DNA of 63,702 nucleotides from Myxococcota bacterium (GTDB lineage Bacteria; Myxococcota_A; UBA796; SXON01): positions 1-63,702 of the forward strand of contig JAZKFH010000054.1 in NCBI GenBank assembly GCA_040386535.1. Reading direction: 5' to 3'. The translations under genes and the position numbers were made by a program. The notes under the pieces were generated by a model. The model had not been told where the DNA came from, made no database searches, and worked only from the letters and a program-made list of their open reading frames with translations. Positions 58,572 through 63,702 of this stretch are shown here, in pieces. Numbering within the stretch: the stretch's first letter is position 1; each line of letters opens with the position of its first letter.

Positions 58572-59455
58572 GCGACCAGCCCCGCGGCCGGCGCAGGCGC
58601 CTTGGTGCTCAACATGCGCTCGGCCTCTTCGATGCCGCCCTGCAGATCGCCCAGCGTACGGACGCCCATGAGCTCGGCGCCGATGGTGACCAGCGTCTGG
58701 GCGATCTCGGGGGAGATCCCGGTGATGAACACGGTCGCCCCCATCAACCGGGCGGCCTCACACGTCTGGGCGATGTGTTTGGCAACCTTGGAGTCGACCA
58801 GCGGGACCCCGGTGATGTCCATGATCACCGCCCGCGCGCGGCGGGTGCGGATGGCCCCGAGCAGGGTCTCCGTGAGCAGGCGGGCGCGATGGGTGTCGAC
58901 GAGGCCCACGATCGGCAGGATCAACACCTGGTCGCGGATCTGCAACACCGGGGTGGAGATCTCGCGGATGGCCTCCTGCTGGCTCCGGATGATGTCCTCC
59001 TTTGCGAGCAGATAGGCGTCGCCGATGGTCCCCATCGCGAGGTCGAGCAGGCAGTTCATCCCGGAGGTGACGCTGTTGGCGCGCTCCAGATCTTCCCGCG
59101 CGATGGCCGCGATGCGCGGCACCATGGCGGTCCGGAACGCCGCGATGACCCGGAACCAGACGGAAAAGCTGATCCCCATCTGGGCGTACCCGATGCCCTG
59201 CGAGGTCAGGTTCTCGACGTACCCCGCCCACTCGTCGTTCAGGATGGCCTGCCGCTGCATCGCGAGGCTGGCTTCGTGCTGACGCGCGCTCATCTCCGGG
59301 CTCATGGCGCGCATGATCGGGACGAACTCCGGAATGTCCTGCACCGCGACCCGCAGCTCGGCGTCCATCTCGGCCGCCGCCGGCTCGTACACGGCCCAGT
59401 AGTCACGGAGTGCGGCGAGTTCCTTCGCACCGATGTGCGCGGTCGTACTGGGCAT
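58568..59455 (-). CDS. rsbR: RsbR: globin-like sensor + STAS domain
   Basis: AIREISTPV, PIVGLVDTHRA, DITGVP.VDS.VA, GISPEIAQTLV; helical protoglobin-like N-terminal domain. Confidence 0.9.
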   Translation of the reverse strand: MPSTTAHIGAKELAALRDYWAVYEPAAAEMDAELRVAVQDIPEFVPIMRAMSPEMSARQHEASLAMQRQAILNDEWAGYVENLTSQGIGYAQMGISFSVWFRVIAAFRTAMVPRIAAIAREDLERANSVTSGMNCLLDLAMGTIGDAYLLAKEDIIRSQQEAIREISTPVLQIRDQVLILPIVGLVDTHRARLLTETLLGAIRTRRARAVIMDITGVPLVDSKVAKHIAQTCEAARLMGATVFITGISPEIAQTLVTIGAELMGVRTLGDLQGGIEEAERMLSTKAPAPAAGLVA

Positions 59456-59626
59456 GCGGAGCGGTCCCGGGGAAGTGCGGACCTCTATGCCCGGGGCCGG
59501 GCGGCAGCCCGGCGGTGCGAACACTTTTTGGCACGATCGACCCGACCGCGACCACATCGCAGGGCCGATGGAACATCTACCGACAAGTCGTCTCCACGGG
59601 CGAACGCCGGAAGGGGCGCCCTCCGA

Positions 59627-60010
59627 TTACGCGGGCGCCAGGACGCGCAGCTGGTTCACGATCCCCTTCACCCCGACGGCGCGCTCGGCGACGCGGGTGA
59701 TCCGGCGCTCGTCCTCGCCGTCGGGCACCGTCCCCGACAGCGTCACCTCGCCGTCGTGCACCGAGACCACGACGTCGGAGGCGTCCGCCCCCGTCTGCCC
59801 GCACAGCCGGTCGTAGATGTCGTCCCGGATGCGCTCGTCCGGGCGTCGATACCCACGCGGTGGGCATGAGCGCCTCCCCTCCGCCCGCGGGAGCCGCGCC
59901 CGCGCCTGCACGTCGGGACCGGTCGTGTAGCCGCCCTCCGTCCCGCGCTCCTCGTCCCGCACGTCATCCCAGTCACCCGGCTTCTTCTCGACCTCGTCGT
60001 CACGGTCCAT
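59627..60010 (-). CDS. BON domain protein
   Basis: PRGYRRPDERIRDDI, V.V.DGEVTLSGTV, GVKGIVNQLRV. Confidence 0.88.
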   Translation of the reverse strand: MDRDDEVEKKPGDWDDVRDEERGTEGGYTTGPDVQARARLPRAEGRRSCPPRGYRRPDERIRDDIYDRLCGQTGADASDVVVSVHDGEVTLSGTVPDGEDERRITRVAERAVGVKGIVNQLRVLAPA

Positions 60011-60084
60011 GTTCGAGCCCCCCTGCGGTTCAATATGGTCGCGGGGAGGGGCATCGGCTCGGCCCTGCTGCACCCGGACCTGCT

Positions 60085-60639
60085 TCAGCACGATCCGAGC
60101 TCGACCACTTCATAGTCTTCGGGCGCGGGGTCGAACCACAGTTGGATCTCCAGCTCCTGCCAGGCGGGGCGAGGCGTGTCATCGGCCCAGCGCTCGAGCA
60201 CGTGGGACAGCTCGCTCCATCGATAGACGCGGCCGGACGCAATCGGGTGGCCCTTGCCCGTAAGCAGACGATACGCGGGATCGAACGTGAAACTGTCGCC
60301 CCACGTGAAGCTCGCACAGGATTGCGACAGCTGCTCCCGCCGCAGCACATACGCACGTTTGCCCGGCGTAGCAGCGGCCTCCGAGCGGAGGCTCCGCCCG
60401 AGGATCGCGTAGTGAGGGCGCTGGCGGAGCGGCACGCCACCCGCGCCGACGAACTGGCGGTACATCTCGGCCTCGACACGCGTGCGTGTGTCCACGTACG
60501 TCGGATCCCGGAAACGTTCGGGATACGAGACGCGCCCCTCGAGAAGTACGGCCTCTCGCCCCGCCGCATCCAGGTCCATCATCGACTGGAACGGGGCTCC
60601 ACAGGCGTAGTGGACCACGATGTCAGGAATGGAAGGCAC
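60085..60639 (-). CDS. Conserved-looking hypothetical protein
   Basis: VHY..., R..VE..MY..F...GG.P....PHY.ILG, SFTWGDS, EIQLW; TATCCT 6 nt upstream of the GTG. Confidence 0.65.
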   Translation of the reverse strand: MPSIPDIVVHYACGAPFQSMMDLDAAGREAVLLEGRVSYPERFRDPTYVDTRTRVEAEMYRQFVGAGGVPLRQRPHYAILGRSLRSEAAATPGKRAYVLRREQLSQSCASFTWGDSFTFDPAYRLLTGKGHPIASGRVYRWSELSHVLERWADDTPRPAWQELEIQLWFDPAPEDYEVVELGSC

Positions 60640-60645
60640 GGCGGC

Positions 60646-60651
60646 AGGATA
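60646..60651 (-). promoter_or_regulatory. Putative -10 hexamer TATCCT, leaderless configuration
   Basis: 6 nt upstream of GTG 60639. Confidence 0.45.
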
Positions 60652-60751
60652 GCATCGCAGCGATGCACCGCGGGGCTCGCGGGGCGTGGCGGCACCGCTC
60701 TGGGTGCCGGGCACCGCGCCCTTCCTCGGTCGCCCAGACAACCTGCCGCCG

Positions 60752-62656
60752 CTATTCCCGCCAATGCACGTACAAGTTGCGATCGCCGGCGGGGCCGGTC
60801 GCGTCGTTCAGGAAGCTCACGCTCACGCGGCCGGGCGCGGTGCAGACGGGCACGTCGATGGTGGCGCGATCGTGGAGGGTGCGGGACTCCTCCCACGTGC
60901 AGCCGCCGGTGCCGACGAAGCGGACGGACACCCCCTCCGCGCCGGGGTGCTCGGGGGACAGCTCGAGGCGCACCACGTCCGTGGTCGTGAGCGGGCGGCT
61001 GGTGAGCGTGCCGTTCCAATAGAACGCGTGGCCGCGCCGGGTGCCGTACGATGTGGGGCCGCGGGTGAAGCCCACGCGGTCGATGGCCTCGGCGCGGGCG
61101 AGCCGATCGTCGGCGAGGAGGACGGCGACGGCCTCGTCGGCCCGGTCGAGGTCTGCCAGCGCGCGGCCGAGCTGCCAACGGAGCCAGGGGTGCTCGGGGA
61201 ACCGAGCGACGAGGGCCTCCCAACGTGCCAATGACACAGCGGGATCGATCGGCGCCGTGCGGTCGGCCGCGCAGAGCACGCGGATGCGCGCGGGGCCGTC
61301 GTCGTAGACGATCGACCAGGGGTTGGCGGCCTCGGTGACGGGGTCCATCGTGTAGGCCTGCCGGGTGTGCCAATCGACGAGGCGCATGCAGTCTGCCTCG
61401 CGGCCCGGTCCGACGAGCAGCGCCTGTTGGAGGCGGGCCACGGCGTCGCCGCCCGCCGCGCGCGCCTCGGCCATGCGTCGGAAGACGAGACCGTTGTCGT
61501 CGAGCACGCGCACGCCGGGGACGTGCCCGGGGAGGCCGACGTCGCCGGTGAGAATGGCGGCGCCGTCGGGCAGATGGGCGACCAGCCACGCCACGTCGGC
61601 GGGGAGCGGCGTCTCGAAGCCGGAGGCCCACGCGCGGCGCGCCTCGGCGGCGGTGGGCCAGGCGCGTGGGGCGAAGGCCGCGGCGCCCGCGGGCAGCCCG
61701 ACGTAGGCCAGCGCGGCGATGGCGACGGCGCCGAGGGCGGCGCGCTGGGGGGTCCACGAGCGGGGCTCGCCCGCGGCCGCGGCCACGAGCACGGCGGCGA
61801 TCCCGCCCGGGAGGAGCAGGCGGCCCCACCCCATCCAGTCGCCGCGCGCCTCGAGCAGGACGACGGCCTGGATCACGAACGGTGCCGAGGCCAGGAGCGC
61901 GGCGCGGGGCGCGAGCCGGACGGCGAGGGCGACGAGCGCGAGCAACCCCACGCTCCCGACGGCCTCGACGCCAAGCTGCCCGAGCCCGTCGGCGAACGGC
62001 GCGCGGCTGGCGGTCTTGACGAGAACGGGCGCCGGGATGACGGCGCCGAACCAGGCCACGCGCCCGAGGTGCCAGGCCCCGAGGGCGGCCGCGGCAAGCA
62101 CCACGCGGCGATCAGCGAGCGTGCCGCGCGTTCCTGCGGTCGCGACGGCATAGAGGCCGGCCGCGGCGAGGTGGAGGTGGCCCTCGGGCCGCGCGAGGCA
62201 GCCGAGCACGAACCAACCGGCGGCCGCGCCGAAGCCACTCGTCGTCAAGCGCGACCACGCGACCCCCCACACGAGCCCGGCGACCACGCCGTCCATCCCC
62301 TGCCCGCACCACCACCCGAACGGCGCCCAGGCGACGAGGCCCAACGCGAGCGCGACGGCGCCCCGTCGCAACAGCAGGGCGATCGTGGCGAGCCCCGCGG
62401 CAAAGGAGACGGCCTGCGCGACCCAGGCGCCGTCGAGCCCGACGGCCACGCCGGGCAGGAGCAGCGCGAGGAACAGGGGGCTCGACGCGCCCTCGACCGC
62501 CTCGCCCGTGCTCCACGCGAGGCGCCCGTGTTCGAGCAGCTCGTACACGTAGACCAGCGCGATGTACACGTCGTCCACGGGCCGCGGCCGCGCGGTCGCC
62601 GCCGCCCACGCGAGCAGGAGCGCGAATGGGGGGAGCAGGAGGAGCGGGCGACGCAT
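60752..62656 (-). CDS. GT-C-like polytopic membrane glycosyltransferase with C-terminal carbohydrate-binding-like domain
   Basis: DDVYIALVY...GEAVEGASSPL, LARPEG, GDWM..GRLLLP; ends FLND....DRNLYV. Confidence 0.7.
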   Translation of the reverse strand: MRRPLLLLPPFALLLAWAAATARPRPVDDVYIALVYVYELLEHGRLAWSTGEAVEGASSPLFLALLLPGVAVGLDGAWVAQAVSFAAGLATIALLLRRGAVALALGLVAWAPFGWWCGQGMDGVVAGLVWGVAWSRLTTSGFGAAAGWFVLGCLARPEGHLHLAAAGLYAVATAGTRGTLADRRVVLAAAALGAWHLGRVAWFGAVIPAPVLVKTASRAPFADGLGQLGVEAVGSVGLLALVALAVRLAPRAALLASAPFVIQAVVLLEARGDWMGWGRLLLPGGIAAVLVAAAAGEPRSWTPQRAALGAVAIAALAYVGLPAGAAAFAPRAWPTAAEARRAWASGFETPLPADVAWLVAHLPDGAAILTGDVGLPGHVPGVRVLDDNGLVFRRMAEARAAGGDAVARLQQALLVGPGREADCMRLVDWHTRQAYTMDPVTEAANPWSIVYDDGPARIRVLCAADRTAPIDPAVSLARWEALVARFPEHPWLRWQLGRALADLDRADEAVAVLLADDRLARAEAIDRVGFTRGPTSYGTRRGHAFYWNGTLTSRPLTTTDVVRLELSPEHPGAEGVSVRFVGTGGCTWEESRTLHDRATIDVPVCTAPGRVSVSFLNDATGPAGDRNLYVHWRE

Positions 62657-62688
62657 CGCGGGCTGGTAACGTGGGGGACGTGGGGGCT

Positions 62689-62732
62689 GGGCAGACGGAC
62701 GGCCGCGGACGGCCGCCGCTGCGGCGACGGGG
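62689..62732. repeat. Dispersed intergenic motif copy 2
   Basis: Same 12-bp + N14 + 18-bp blocks as 6983-7026. Confidence 0.75.
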
Positions 62733-62785
62733 AGGAGGGGCGGGCGTGGGAGGGACAGCTTACGAGCGCCCGCGTGGGGGGGTCC

Positions 62786-63574
62786 ATGTGGCTCGTGTTC
62801 CAACTGCTGGCGTGTGTGGACGGTTCGGATCCGGAGAAGGTGCCCAATGACACGGGCGCCCTCTCGCCCGACCTCGGGCCCTGGGACGGGATGATCTACG
62901 TCGACCGCGGGCGCGATGCCCGCTACGCGGATGCGGCGTTGGACTGGGTAGAGTACCCGCCGTGGGGCATGGGCGAGTTCCGCGCCGAGCCGTACGAAGC
63001 GCCGTACGCGTTCGGCTACACGATGGGCGGGGGTGAAGGGTGTGTGTCACCGACCGACGCGGGGCCCGATGCTGGCCCCGATCGGATCTCGGTCGGGCCC
63101 TGGGTGAGCCTGTGGGCGAATGGAGAGGAAGCCATCTTCAACGAGGAGATCTGGTCCATGGGCCCCGAGTACTGGGCCCACGAAGGATTGCCCGCCCCCT
63201 TCGCCGAGCCCGGCTTCTCGGTCACCTTCGCGGACGCGACCGGGACGACTGTCATCCCGGAGGACCTGGTCTTCGACGCGAGCGTGGACGACGCGGTGCA
63301 CGGGTGGCACGGCTCCGGCTCGCTCGACCTGTCGTGGGTGCCCGCCGCGGCGCCGGGTGCGCGCGTGGGTGTCAACTACTACGACAACGCCGGCACCAGC
63401 GTCATCTGCGCGTTCGACGACGACGGGGCGGAGCGGGTGGAGCTCCCGACTCCGGACGGCACGACCCCGTACATCCTGACCATCACGCGAACCCACGCTA
63501 CCCGGGTCGAGAGCCCGACGCTTGGGACGATCCAACTTGGGGTGGGGTATGTTTTGAGCGTGACCGGGGGATAG
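62786..63574 (+). CDS. Hypothetical lipoprotein
   Basis: MWLVFQLLAC lipobox; Ig-like C-terminal part (LSW.P...C...DDG). Confidence 0.7.
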   Translation: MWLVFQLLACVDGSDPEKVPNDTGALSPDLGPWDGMIYVDRGRDARYADAALDWVEYPPWGMGEFRAEPYEAPYAFGYTMGGGEGCVSPTDAGPDAGPDRISVGPWVSLWANGEEAIFNEEIWSMGPEYWAHEGLPAPFAEPGFSVTFADATGTTVIPEDLVFDASVDDAVHGWHGSGSLDLSWVPAAAPGARVGVNYYDNAGTSVICAFDDDGAERVELPTPDGTTPYILTITRTHATRVESPTLGTIQLGVGYVLSVTGG

Positions 63575-63645
63575 GGGGCGGACGAAGTCGGGGAGCCTGT
63601 CCGACAGGTGGGCGGGTTTCGTCCGCGGGGCGGACGAAGTCGGGG
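63575..63645. repeat. Short REP-like repeat: two GGGGCGGACGAAGTCGGGG copies with an inverted TTCGTCCGC between them
   Basis: Copies at 63575-63593 and 63627-63645; inverted piece at 63618-63626. Confidence 0.7.
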
Positions 63646-63702
63646 GGGGGTGTGATCCACTTCAGTCGGCCGGCCAGCGCCAAGCCCGCCCCGCGGACCG
63701 CA

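Overview
A very GC-rich bacterial chromosomal segment with about 47 intact protein-coding genes. It is probably from a Myxococcota/deltaproteobacterial-type lineage, inferred from the many short-signal lipoproteins, Asp-Thr repeat linkers, MopE-type Cys/Asp repeats and a GldF/GldG/DUF4340 cluster. No rRNA, tRNA, CRISPR array, integrase or transposase was seen. Housekeeping genes: fused pabA-pabB, a type-2 ileS with non-canonical GVHH/EMHKS signatures, def, fmt, rpe, beta-carbonic anhydrase and glycerate kinase. These are interleaved with: a cell-envelope modification cluster (two FGE-sulfatase-domain proteins, an arylsulfotransferase, two SGNH hydrolases, a UPF0104-like membrane protein and an unannotated 45-aa membrane peptide); a DegT aminotransferase plus two radical SAM genes; tandem alkaline-phosphatase-superfamily lipoproteins; two large MopE-repeat surface proteins; a ZIP-like/permease fusion; and an rsbR-S-T-X stressosome operon with no linked output module. 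The best candidate for a new system is a stand-alone CBS-pair + HEPN (RNSLAH) multidomain protein at 46579-48234, a possible nucleotide-gated RNase or defence effector. Intergenic regions carry several different palindromic repeat families and a dispersed 44-bp motif. Seven genes have a TANNNT hexamer 6-7 nt before the start codon, which suggests leaderless mRNAs. All family calls come from motif recognition by eye; no database searches were run.
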